A stretch of DNA of 64,000 nt from Candidatus Zixiibacteriota bacterium (GTDB taxonomy: Bacteria; Zixibacteria; MSB-5A5; GN15; FEB-12): assembly GCA_024278935.1 (NCBI GenBank), contig JAJRSF010000003.1, positions 3,730 through 67,729 of the forward strand. The letters run 5' to 3'. This document shows positions 27,356 to 36,968 of this stretch, one piece after another; positions within the stretch are counted from its first letter, which is position 1; every line of letters begins with the position of its first letter. Both the position numbers and the translations under genes were made by a program. The notes below the pieces were generated by a model, which did no database searches, was not told the DNA's origin, and saw only the letters and a program-made list of their open reading frames with translations.

Positions 27356-27830
27356 AAAACAGAATAAATCCGATTGGTCAGCTATTTGGAAGATACTCAA
27401 AACTGTCTTTCAAGCAGGAGATACTTACGCCTATGCACCAGACATTTCTGAAGATGAAGCATACAAAGTTTGGATAGAATCGCCCCAGGAAACTTATGTT
27501 GCCATTGATGAAGACAACAATATACTCGGCACCTATTACATCAAAGCAAATCAGCCCGGTTTAGGTTCGCATATCTGCAACTGCGGATATATCGTATCAG
27601 AAACTGCACGAGGCAAAGGGGTCGCATCGGCGATGTGTGAACATTCACAAACAATTGCAATTGAGCTTGGCTTTCGTGCGATGCAGTACAATTTGGTAGT
27701 CTCAACAAACAAAGGTGCTATCAGACTTTGGGAAAAATTAGGCTTCCAAATCGTCGGAACACTTCCTAAGGCATACAGAAGTAAAACATCTGGTTATGTT
27801 GATGCTTTTGTGATGTACAAAGAATTATAA
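27345..27830 (+). CDS. GNAT family N-acetyltransferase
   Basis: 161 aa. RGKGVASAMCEHSQTIAIELGFRAMQYNLVVSTNKGAIRLWEKLGFQIVGTLPKAY, covering motif A and the beta-bulge region. Confidence 0.85.
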   Translation: MEIRKQNKSDWSAIWKILKTVFQAGDTYAYAPDISEDEAYKVWIESPQETYVAIDEDNNILGTYYIKANQPGLGSHICNCGYIVSETARGKGVASAMCEHSQTIAIELGFRAMQYNLVVSTNKGAIRLWEKLGFQIVGTLPKAYRSKTSGYVDAFVMYKEL

Positions 27831-28020
27831 ATAAGTTTGTAAGATTTCATGGTTTCGACAAATAACTATGGTGGTTGAGGGAACCCCACAATTCTTAGTG
27901 GATAGTAGTTGCTCCACTAAAAAGTGATCAAAAACCCAGTTTACTGGGTTGTTTTATGGGTAATATCTGTTTTAAATTGAATGAGAATGAAATCTCAATT
28001 TAACTATTTTAGTCAGATTT

Positions 28021-28106
28021 GTAGCCCACCCCTTGGGGTGGTTTTTATTCTATCGTTTATTTGATACAAACTTGAAATGTAAACGCACCCCAAGGGGTAA
28101 GCCACC
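28021..28106 (+). repeat. ~85-nt two-hairpin GTAG-headed element, copy B (direct repeat of 26869-26953)
   Basis: GTAGCCCACCCCTTGGGGTGGTTTTTATTC...AAACGCACCCCAAGGGGTAAGCC. Confidence 0.7.
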
Positions 28107-28121
28107 CGCAACTAAACTGCC

Positions 28122-28538
28122 CTACTTCTCTGCCTTCAACGAATCCACCGCCAAAGAATCAGCCACTTGCTCCAAGCTATCTTGAGTAATGCTATCCTGT
28201 TTCAAGCTATCAGCGACATGCAATATCGAGTCAACATCAAATTTGATATATGACGCCATATATGCTAAGTACTCCGCTTTATCCCGATACCCCCCTACAA
28301 ACATCTTGAGCGAATCGTTCGACAAATTGTTCGCCTCAAGCAGTGAATCCCGAAAAGTCAAATACGCCTCGGGGTCATCTCGATAGGTCATCGAGCCTAT
28401 CCAGGCAATCGCAGTTATCAGGGCATACCGTTTTTCATCGGCTATTTTCTTCTCATTTTGCCTGTCTTGGTAGTAACTGTTACCAAAATACAGTCCTGCG
28501 AGTATTATGAATGGGAGAATCCTTTTTATCCAAATCAA
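28122..28538 (-). CDS. Hypothetical membrane-anchored protein
   Basis: 138 aa with an N-terminal TM helix (ILPFIILAGLYF) and an acidic DS-rich C-terminus. No family recognised. Confidence 0.4.
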   Translation of the reverse strand: MIWIKRILPFIILAGLYFGNSYYQDRQNEKKIADEKRYALITAIAWIGSMTYRDDPEAYLTFRDSLLEANNLSNDSLKMFVGGYRDKAEYLAYMASYIKFDVDSILHVADSLKQDSITQDSLEQVADSLAVDSLKAEK

Positions 28539-28632
28539 AATAATTCCAACTTTCTGTTGCGTTAATACGTAAAACCGAATAAACTATATCACTTTTTAAA
28601 ATTATGAACAAGTTAATAATAGGTAAAAATAT

Positions 28633-29726
28633 ATGAATTTAGAATTTCCTGTTAAACGACGTAAAAGCCGTTCGGTCAAAATTGGCGATGTTTTAATCGG
28701 TGGCGGTTTCCCAATCGCGGTCCAATCAATGACAACTGCCGACACTCGTGATGCCAATCTTGCTGCCGCCCAGATCAATGCTCTCTATGATTCAGGATGC
28801 GACATTGTTCGTATCTCAGTGCTAAACCATGACGCCGGCGACAACCTCAAAAAAATCAGAGAACTAGTCGACCCATCACGTCCGATCGTTGCAGATATTC
28901 ATTTCCAATACAAACTCGCTCTCAAAGCTATCGAGGCAGGCTTCGACAAAATTCGTATCAACCCGGGAAATATCGGTGCCGAATGGAAAGTCCGCGAACT
29001 GACCACCGCCGCCAAAGATAAAGGAATCCCAATTCGTATCGGCGTAAACTCGGGATCACTTCCTGAAGACATTCTCAAAAAATACGGTCATGATTCTCCC
29101 CATGCATTTGCCGATGCTGCCATGCGTGAAGTTGCAATTTTGGAATCAATGAACTTTGAAGATATAGTTATCTCGGTAAAATCTACCAATACCCAAACTG
29201 CTTTTTGGGCGTACCAGATGGTTGCCGAGCGATGCGACTATCCTCTGCATATCGGAATCACCGAAGCAGGCACCCTTGAGACCGGCACGATAAAATCATC
29301 GGTTGGTATCGGTGCAATTTTGATGACCGGTATTGGCGACACAATCCGTGTCTCGCTGACTGCCGACCCAATACACGAAGCACCTGTTGCTCATAAAATT
29401 TTGATGTCTTGTAATCTCAAAGAAGATGGTGTCGAAGTTATCGCCTGCCCAACATGCGGACGCTGCCAAATCGACCTGATTCCCCTCGCTGAATCTATTG
29501 AGAAAAAAACTGCTCACTTAAAAGCATCGTTAAAAGTTGCCGTCATGGGTTGTGCCGTCAATGGACCGGGCGAAGCAAAAGCAGCCGACATAGGTATCGC
29601 AGGCGGAGACGGTATGGGAATGCTTATTAAAAAGGTGAAGTTGTCGCACGGTTTAAAGAAGAAGAACTCGAAGAGAAACTTCTTGCTGAAATCGAAGCAA
29701 TGACCGGTGAAAAAATCAACAGATAA
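28633..29726 (+). CDS. ispG: 4-hydroxy-3-methylbut-2-en-1-yl diphosphate synthase (MEP pathway), frame broken near the 3' end by a 1-nt deletion in the A run 29639-29643
   Basis: Typical GcpE sequence (VAVQSMTTADTRD..., PLHIGITEAG, ACPTCGRC, VMGCAVNGPGEA). The track ORF ends in junk (KKVKLSHGLKKKNSKRNF...). The -1 frame gives KKGEVVARFKEEELEEKLLAEIEAMTGEKINR* ending at 29724-29726. Confidence 0.9.
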
Positions 29727-29807
29727 GTTTTATTGTCTGCTTTACATCCTCTCCTATCGTATGTATCTTTTTCCAATGATAACGGAAGCAATTTTATCGA
29801 GGGACAT

Positions 29808-30820
29808 ATGTTCAGAAAAAAATAGCACTCGCCATACTTTTCATTTTATGCTGCACGACTATCTCAAACGCAAAAACGCAATTCACACTCTCCCCCGAGT
29901 TTGGTGTCATGGGTGGAACGACCGAATACGAAATGGATATTAAAGGTTTTTATGAATTCGACAATGGTGGTACTTTAGACACTACGATACGACGGATTAC
30001 ATCATTGTTAGAGTTTCCGCTTGATGTTACAATTGGTGGCTTCTCTGGAATTGCACATCCGATTGAAGACCCGAATAAATGGACCATTAGTCTAAAATAT
30101 CTTACAAATTTAAGCAACCCAAATAATAAAATGACTGATAAGGACTGGGATGAAATTGTCACAAAATTTCCATATATGCTATGGAGTGATACCGAATCTG
30201 ATGCTGAAATGAGTATGACTATTTTAGATTTAGAAGCTCGTTTTCGCATTGTTCAAAAAAGTCATATGGACATATCAATCATTGCCGGTGGACGGTACCA
30301 AAAGATTGATCAAAAAATGTTTGGTATTGACGGCTGGCAAAAAAGTTTCAATGATAGTTTAAATGTTTATAATGAAACAGCTGGTATTTTCACAGGCTAT
30401 GATGGTATAAACGGTCTGAATTATCAAATTGAATTCAAACAATTTAAAATCGGTTTACAAAATGATATTTATTTATCTAATAAAATAACTTCGCAGATAA
30501 AACTCTTATTTGCCCCGGCATCATTTGAAGATATCGACGATCATGTTTTAAGGAAAAAACTAAGCACTGCTAATGGTGACGGCAATGGATATATCACCGG
30601 ATTTAATTTGAGGTATGAAACCGGCAATAGTAAATTTTCTTTCATTCAGCTTTCTACTTTATATAATTACTATATTTCTTATGGAACTCAAATACAAGAA
30701 TGGTACGGCGATGATCCCAGTTCAGATGAAGATGATACCGGTAATGTTTCTCAACCCGTCCCGCACACAGTTATAAGCAAACAGTATGTCATCAGCCTGC
30801 AAATCGGTATTGAATTTTAA
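29808..30820 (+). CDS. Outer-membrane beta-barrel protein with omptin (peptidase A26)-like motifs; frame broken in the signal peptide by a 1-nt deletion in the A run 29816-29822
   Basis: ATG 29808 plus one extra A restores MFRKKIALAILFILCCTTISNAKTQFTLSPEFGVMGGTTEY..., in frame with track ORF 29909-30820. Segments resemble OmpT: MTDKDWDE vs MVDQDWMD, WSDTESD vs WTDESRH, EDIDDH vs DNDEH. C-terminal ...LQIGIEF. Confidence 0.5.
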
Positions 30821-31129
30821 ATGGCAACCGAATTTACAGAATCAGTAATCGCTATACTAAAAAAAATCCCACAAGGAAAAGTCGCCACCTATGGACAGGT
30901 TTCAACTCTTGCCGGCTCACCTCGTGCCGCTCGTCAGGTCGTGCGTATTTTACACTCGTCATCGAAAAAACATAACCTCCCATGGCACCGAGTTATCAGT
31001 TCTCAAGGGAAAATATCGCTCCTGCCCAACCAAGGAGCCGAAATCCAAAAGTCACTTTTAGTCAAAGAAAAAGTCAAATTTTCACTTTCCGGCTCTGTAG
31101 ATTTAAAAAGATACCAATGGCAACCGTAA
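30821..31129 (+). CDS. Alkyltransferase-like (ATL) protein: MGMT DNA-binding domain with Trp replacing the acceptor Cys
   Basis: 102 aa. KIPQGKVATYGQVSTLAGSPRAARQVVRIL...NLPWHRVISSQGKISL. The active-site PCHRV is replaced by PWHRV. Confidence 0.8.
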   Translation: MATEFTESVIAILKKIPQGKVATYGQVSTLAGSPRAARQVVRILHSSSKKHNLPWHRVISSQGKISLLPNQGAEIQKSLLVKEKVKFSLSGSVDLKRYQWQP

Positions 31130-31258
31130 GGTTTTATAGTTATCTTCTTGCGTAACAGTGTATTACCTTAATTTCACAAAATAACTCCTTTTTGCAGAAT
31201 ACTCTTGACATTTTTTGAAAATATATGACCTTTACACGCCGATATAGTTATAAAGAAT

Positions 31259-31834
31259 ATGAACAGGATTAAAATGAAACAGATGATTTTACATATAATC
31301 GCCATAGCCAGTCTGACTCTCATCAGTTGTTCCGACAGCAGTAAATCGACCGATGAAATGTCAGTTGAATTTGATTCGATACTTCTTCCCGATTCAGAAC
31401 TCAGAATGGCTCAGATAAAGTTTTTCAAAAAAGGCGAGACAACTTCTGAAATCATTGCTGAAAAAATAAAAAGTTTTGACACCAAAGATTCTATGCTTGC
31501 CTATGTCCTGCATATAAAAATTCTGGACTCACTTGGCAACGCGACCACGACTATCACCGGTGATTCTGGCATTATTAAAGAAGTACAAGGTGCTGTCCAA
31601 ATTTACGGACATGTGCTTGTAATTACCGATGACTCCACCAAGCTTGAAACCGAATACCTCTGGTGGAATTCATATACCAACCGTATTAAAAGCGACGCCT
31701 TTGTTCGCATCACAAAACAAGGTGACATTATTTCAGGATGGGGACTTGATGCTGACAACAAGCTCAATAGTTTCAAAATCCTGAACCAAGTCTCAGGCGA
31801 AGTTGCCGATCCGGGCAAACTTGAAACTCAGTAG
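31259..31834 (+). CDS. LptC-like periplasmic lipoprotein (LPS export)
   Basis: Lipobox LTLISC. C-terminal half ...GHVLVITDDSTKLETEYLWWNSYTNRIKSDAFVRITKQGDIISGWGLDADNKLNSFKILNQVSG resembles the LptC/OstA-like fold pattern. Confidence 0.5.
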   Translation: MNRIKMKQMILHIIAIASLTLISCSDSSKSTDEMSVEFDSILLPDSELRMAQIKFFKKGETTSEIIAEKIKSFDTKDSMLAYVLHIKILDSLGNATTTITGDSGIIKEVQGAVQIYGHVLVITDDSTKLETEYLWWNSYTNRIKSDAFVRITKQGDIISGWGLDADNKLNSFKILNQVSGEVADPGKLETQ

Positions 31835-32004
31835 TTTCCAAATAAATTTTAGTTGCATCGCATCATCTTTTTACGTTCTATTATCTTTTAGAACATTGAA
31901 AAATCTAAATAGACAAAAATCCAAATCGCCAATTTTTCTCAGGCAAAATCATACTAACAACCTAACCGCAGTCCCTTATTCCCTAAACTTGGGCTGGAGA
32001 TTAT

Positions 32005-32511
32005 ATGTGTAAGTGGTACAATGAGATGGATTGTTATATCCTGCTCCCTACTGAACCTCAAAACAGCTTTAATACCGATAAAATAAACAGGCGGCAACTT
32101 CTTGAATCCTCATTCAGAAATTACGCAGCTGTATTTGATAAAGTGAAAATTGTGATTCCTGACTCACAGGCAAAAGATCATTACCTTAATTTTCCGCATA
32201 TTTGTAACCCGCAACAAACAAGTTCGCATCCTGATTTATCTGCTATTTTCTACAACGCAACATCCGATGCTATTTTCATCGGACATGCCGACATGGTTGA
32301 TTTTCCGATCAGCCTCCTGACAAACTTGGTTAAGTCCTATAATGGCGAACTGTTTTTAGGCTACGACTCAAACAAAAGTCAAAAGAAAAATATCCAATTT
32401 GGCATTTACAATAAATCACTCATTGCAAAAACTTCTCAACCGGCATTGTCAAATTCCAAAGCTCGCACTCTTATACCGATTCCAACACAGTTACAACACT
32501 TCTCATTTTAA
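32005..32511 (+). CDS. Hypothetical protein
   Basis: 168-aa ORF with no recognisable motifs. Start uncertain. Confidence 0.3.
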   Translation: MCKWYNEMDCYILLPTEPQNSFNTDKINRRQLLESSFRNYAAVFDKVKIVIPDSQAKDHYLNFPHICNPQQTSSHPDLSAIFYNATSDAIFIGHADMVDFPISLLTNLVKSYNGELFLGYDSNKSQKKNIQFGIYNKSLIAKTSQPALSNSKARTLIPIPTQLQHFSF

Positions 32512-32562
32512 AAATTATCTACCCGATACTTGCATCTTTTAAACGAACAGTTATATTTTTTT

Positions 32563-32937
32563 ATGAATAAATATTTCGATTTCTCATCAAAACAGTTGAA
32601 GTTTCTTATTTTCTTAGGCGTTTCTGCTTTGCTTTTAGGTTCTTTGCAATTTATACAAAACTTTGCGACCCCATCAAAGAACTCTCCCTCATTTGAAATC
32701 CAACTCGGCAATGATCAAAAAATTATGACCGGTATTTTTAAAGTTGATCCAAATTTTGCCCCGGCAGATTCACTTGAACTGCTTCCCGGTATCGGAAAAG
32801 TTCTGGCTGATAGAATTGTCGCCTACAGACAGCACACACGTTTTAAAAAGATGATCGACATCACCGATGTAAGAGGGATAGGTCCCAAGCTGTATGAAAA
32901 AATCAAACCATACTTACAGGTAAAACCGATTGAATAA
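32563..32937 (+). CDS. comEA: ComEA family helix-hairpin-helix DNA-binding protein
   Basis: N-terminal TM anchor, then LELLPGIGKVLADRIVAYRQHTRFKKMIDITDVRGIGPKLYEKIKPYL (a tandem HhH). Start chosen at MNKYFDF. Confidence 0.8.
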   Translation: MNKYFDFSSKQLKFLIFLGVSALLLGSLQFIQNFATPSKNSPSFEIQLGNDQKIMTGIFKVDPNFAPADSLELLPGIGKVLADRIVAYRQHTRFKKMIDITDVRGIGPKLYEKIKPYLQVKPIE

Positions 32938-33787
32938 CGACGGACTGACAATTGGCATTGATAACCGTGACGGTGTTTACTATGTTGCACGAGTCGACAA
33001 CCAGCAAGGTCGCCCGGATATCAAGGCACTTATCCGAATCGACGCTGACCATTTTAATGGACATCATCTGCTGGAAGGAAACCGTATTGTCGTCGCTCTG
33101 CCTGATGATCAAGTCATCGTAAAACAGTTCCGACTACAGTCTACAGAAAACATAGATCTGAAAATTAAATTTGAACTAGAAACTGCCATGCTTGATAACA
33201 CTGATAAATTTTTATATGACTGTATACCAACCCAACTTGAAAATTATTATTTAGGTCTATCAATCAGAAAAGAGCTTGCTACTCAAATTACTGAACCGTT
33301 TCTGAAACAAAATGGTGATGTCAAATTTTCTACATCCGGCGTCATGAGAGCTGCTGCTTTGGCAAACGGATTTTTAACCTACTGCCAACAATCGGGAGGA
33401 CAGTTTGGAGCAATTGTAGATTTTGGAGAAAAATCGGCGTCGATTGCTTTTTATTACAAACAGCAAATTATCGACTTAGACTGTTTACCCCTTGAAAAAA
33501 ACTATTATCAATCCGACGATTCTTTTCAAAATCTTATTATTGAACTCAAGACACTTCTGAATTTTAAACTGTCAGCTCTTTTAGAAAAAGGTATCTCCAT
33601 CCCCCTCTCAAAACTTTTTCTGATTGGTGAAACAATTTCAGAAACTCAGCTTGAAACTTTAAGCAGTAACCTCAAAATTGATATTTGCAGACCTGAAATT
33701 CATGCCGGTTTCATCACCGACCGTGAAAAAGCTCTTGAAATCCCTCTTGATAAATATCTGGTTGCTTTGGGCTTGACTGTTCTTTAA
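32930..33787 (+). CDS. Hypothetical protein, possibly a divergent PilM-like (actin-fold) pilus/competence assembly protein
   Basis: 285 aa. LTIGIDNRDG...VVALPDDQVIVKQFRL...FELETAML...GAIVDFGEKSASIAFYY pattern. Overlaps comEA by 8 nt. Confidence 0.35.
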   Translation: MNNDGLTIGIDNRDGVYYVARVDNQQGRPDIKALIRIDADHFNGHHLLEGNRIVVALPDDQVIVKQFRLQSTENIDLKIKFELETAMLDNTDKFLYDCIPTQLENYYLGLSIRKELATQITEPFLKQNGDVKFSTSGVMRAAALANGFLTYCQQSGGQFGAIVDFGEKSASIAFYYKQQIIDLDCLPLEKNYYQSDDSFQNLIIELKTLLNFKLSALLEKGISIPLSKLFLIGETISETQLETLSSNLKIDICRPEIHAGFITDREKALEIPLDKYLVALGLTVL

Positions 33788-33857
33788 CCTTGATTTCTCA
33801 CTCATTTTCGCCTATTATATCTGCCACAGGTAGTAACAGATAAAAAGAAAATTACGT

Positions 33858-34361
33858 ATGGCAAATGAACAAATAAGAAAAGCAATTTATCCCGGGACTT
33901 TTGACCCGGTTACCAATGGACATATTTCTCTCATTGAGAGGTCTGCCTGTTTGTTCGATGAATTAATTGTTGCGGTATCAACCAACGCAGGGAAAAATCC
34001 ATTTTTCAATTTTGATGAACGGATCGGCCTGATGACAGAAGTTGTCAGCAAGTTAGACGTTCCTTCCAAAATCAAAGTTGTAGGCTTTGATGGTCTCCTG
34101 GCAAAGTTTGCATCCGATGTTGGTGCCAAAGCGATTATCCGAGGCTTGCGTGCTGTATCTGATTTTGAATATGAATTCCAAATGGCACTTATGAATAGAA
34201 GGCTCGCCGAAGATATCGAAACTATTTTTTTGATGCCATCGCTTTCTTGGGTTTACCTGTCATCAACAATCGTAAAAGATGTTGCTGTTAATGGAGGAGA
34301 TATTGTCGGGCTTGTTCCGACATTGGTAAAGGAAGCTTTAGATAAAAAGCTTACGAAGTAA
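33858..34361 (+). CDS. coaD: Phosphopantetheine adenylyltransferase
   Basis: 167 aa. AIYPGTFDPVTNGHISLIERS..., RGLRAVSDFEYEFQMALMNR, SSTIVKDV. Confidence 0.9.
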   Translation: MANEQIRKAIYPGTFDPVTNGHISLIERSACLFDELIVAVSTNAGKNPFFNFDERIGLMTEVVSKLDVPSKIKVVGFDGLLAKFASDVGAKAIIRGLRAVSDFEYEFQMALMNRRLAEDIETIFLMPSLSWVYLSSTIVKDVAVNGGDIVGLVPTLVKEALDKKLTK

Positions 34362-34408
34362 TCAACGAAAATTTCTCACAACAATTTAAAATATAAGAAG
34401 TACTCATT

Positions 34409-35964
34409 ATGTCTGAAGAAAAAAACAATACCCCCGCCGATACGGAGATTTCTATACCTCTTGCCGAACTAATTAAAATAAGGCGAGAAAAAGTTTTAGC
34501 CCTCCAACAAAAAATGTCAACCCATATCCGTACAGCTACAAACGGACACACCAAGTCAAAGATGCTATCGCTGATTTTGATTCTCTTGCAGAAGCAGAAA
34601 CTACAATTTCGTTTGCGGGACGGATTATGCTCAAGCGTAAAATGGGTAAAACATTTTTTGCTGATTTACGAGATGCCAACGAACGGATTCAAATTTATGT
34701 TCGCAAAGATAAAGTCGGCGAAGAACAATTTGACATTTTTAATTCTTTAGACCTTGGCGACATCATTGGTGCTGAAGGATTTTTATTCACTACTAAAACC
34801 GGTGAGAAAACTTTAAAAGTTACATCGATTGAACTACTAACAAAAACACTGCATCCGCTTCCAGACAAACATTCCGGTCTGACTGACACTGAACAACGCT
34901 ACCGTCGTCGCTATGCCGACTTGATTGTCAATCCTGAAGTGCGTGATGTTTTCCGTATGCGTTCAAAAATTATTCAGATGGTTCGTGACTATCTCAACAA
35001 ACATGAGTTTTTGGAAGTTGAAACGCCGATTCTACAACCGATGTACGGTGGTGGAAATGCAAAACCGTTTAAGACTTTTTACAACAAACTTGACCGAAAT
35101 ATGTATATGCGTATCGCCGATGAGCTTTATCTCAAACGTCTTATCGTTGGTGGCTTTGACAAAGTGTGGGAACTCTGTAAAGATTTCCGCAACGAAGGTA
35201 TCGATCGGTTTCATAATCCTGAATTCACAATGATCGAAATGTACTGGGCATATGCTGACTATAAAGATATGGCAAACCTATTTGAAAATATGCTTCGTGA
35301 TACAGTTTTTGCAATACATGGGAAATATAAAATTCCATACGGTGATAATGAAATTGATTTTGAACCAAAATTCAAATGGATCTCAATGCTTGAATCTGTT
35401 AAAGAAGAAACCGGCGTTGACTTTTCTGAAATTACTTTTGAAGAAGCAAAAACAAAAGCAAAAGAGTTTCATGTGCAAGGTGATAATTTAATTAACTGGG
35501 GTAAAATTGTCGAAGCGATGTGGGAAGAAAAAGTTGAACCAACTCTTATTCAACCAACATTCATCACCGACTACCCTGTTGAGATTTCACCGCTTGCCAA
35601 AAAACATCGTGACAACCCACGTCTGACTGAACGGTTTGAATTGTTTATCTCATCATTTGAAATGGGTAACGCCTTCTCTGAACTCAACGACCCGGTCGAC
35701 CAGATGGAACGGTTTATCCAGCAAGGGAAAGCGATGGAAGCTGGCGACGACGAAGCCCAACCGCTCGATGATGATTTCATCACTGCCTTAACCTATGGCA
35801 TGCCACCAACAGCCGGACTCGGTTTTGGCATTGACAGATTGGTCATGGTTCTCACCAACCAGCACACAATCCGCGACGTTGTTTTCTTCCCGCAGATGAA
35901 AGAACTGGGCGAAGGTGCCATCCCTGTCTCAAAGATTCTGTCGCAAATCATCGACGACGAATAG
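34409..35964 (+). CDS. lysS: Lysine--tRNA ligase (class II), frame broken by a 1-nt deletion in the A run 34509-34514
   Basis: Track ORFs 34409-34750 and 34627-35964 join if A6 is read as A7: ...LALQQKNVNPYPYSYKRTHQVKDAIADFDSL...RIMLKRKMGKTFFADLRD.... Class II motifs are present (FRNEGIDRFHNPEFTMIE, GLGFGIDRLVMVL). Confidence 0.9.
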
Positions 35965-35992
35965 ATTTTATCTGTACAATTTAAATTTTTGT

Positions 35993-36024
35993 AAGGCGGC
36001 ACCCATTGTGGTTCCGCCTTTTTT
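35993..36024 (+). terminator. Rho-independent terminator after lysS
   Basis: AAGGCGG...CCGCCTT hairpin followed by TTTTTT. Confidence 0.6.
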
Positions 36025-36232
36025 AAACTTCATCAGAACTATTATATTTTGCATCCTGTCAGCTTACAATTATTACGTGCTGTCAGGCGTCCTCGCCTGA
36101 CAGTTTTTTATCATACAAGATTATTAGACACTTTTGTCTTTTTAAACTGCTTTGCTTGACATCAAGATGTAATCTCATGTTATTATCAATGGAAGTTAGT
36201 AATACACAAATTTAATTTTTATCGGAGGATTT

Positions 36233-36769
36233 ATGAAAAAGTTTCTCATCGCAACATGTATGGTTTTCTTAATGGCATCATCGTCTTTCTCTTTTGACGG
36301 TAATCGTAATGGATTTGTTTTAGGGGGTGGATTAGGATTTGCACCAACGGCGGAAGTTAGTCTAGATGGATCTTCACCAGATGCTTCAAGCAGTTCTGGA
36401 TTTGGTTTGAACTTATTAATCGGATACGCATGGGACGAAAATAACATGATTGTATACGAAGGAAATGTAGCTGGTTATACTATAAACAGTATCGATCTTG
36501 CCCAAGGATTTAATGGTGCTTCGTGGTACCACTATTTTGGTTTACCTGGTAAAAGTTTGTTTACTACGGTTGGTCTTGGATTTTATGTATTTGAAGCTGA
36601 TGGATTTGATGCTAACGACCCAGGCGGTGCTTTTTTGCTTGGTGCTGGGTATGAATTTTCTCCTCATTGGCAGGTTGGGGCATATTTTTCATCGGGTAAA
36701 ACAACTGATCCGATTTTTGACTACAAACACAATCATTTTAATATACTTATCAGTGGTATAATTTTTTAA
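36233..36769 (+). CDS. Small outer-membrane beta-barrel protein (hypothetical)
   Basis: Signal peptide MKKFLIATCMVFLMASSSFS. Gly/aromatic-rich alternating strands. C-terminal ...ISGIIF. Confidence 0.5.
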   Translation: MKKFLIATCMVFLMASSSFSFDGNRNGFVLGGGLGFAPTAEVSLDGSSPDASSSSGFGLNLLIGYAWDENNMIVYEGNVAGYTINSIDLAQGFNGASWYHYFGLPGKSLFTTVGLGFYVFEADGFDANDPGGAFLLGAGYEFSPHWQVGAYFSSGKTTDPIFDYKHNHFNILISGIIF

Positions 36770-36789
36770 CTCATTCTAGTAGAATAAAA

Positions 36790-36821
36790 AAGTGGTAAAT
36801 ATTAATTTTACCACTTTTTTT
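36790..36821 (+). terminator. Rho-independent terminator
   Basis: AGTGGTAAA-loop-TTTACCACT followed by TTTTTTT. Confidence 0.7.
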
Positions 36822-36968
36822 ATAGATATGATGTCTGTTACCTAGCCTCTTCATTCAAAATCCTCAAAACATTCAAAATTTCCCGCTTGCCCCGCCATTC
36901 TATTGCAGTATATTTGAGTTAGTGAAAAAAATCGCAAAGTAACTATTTACTAACCCTTGGAGGTTATT

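Noticed and set aside
3671-34514. Programmed ribosomal frameshifting at the A runs
   Set aside because: Five unrelated genes are affected, the sites show no common slippery heptamer or downstream structure, and the shifts fall at arbitrary positions, including inside a signal peptide. Systematic homopolymer deletion in the assembly explains all of them.
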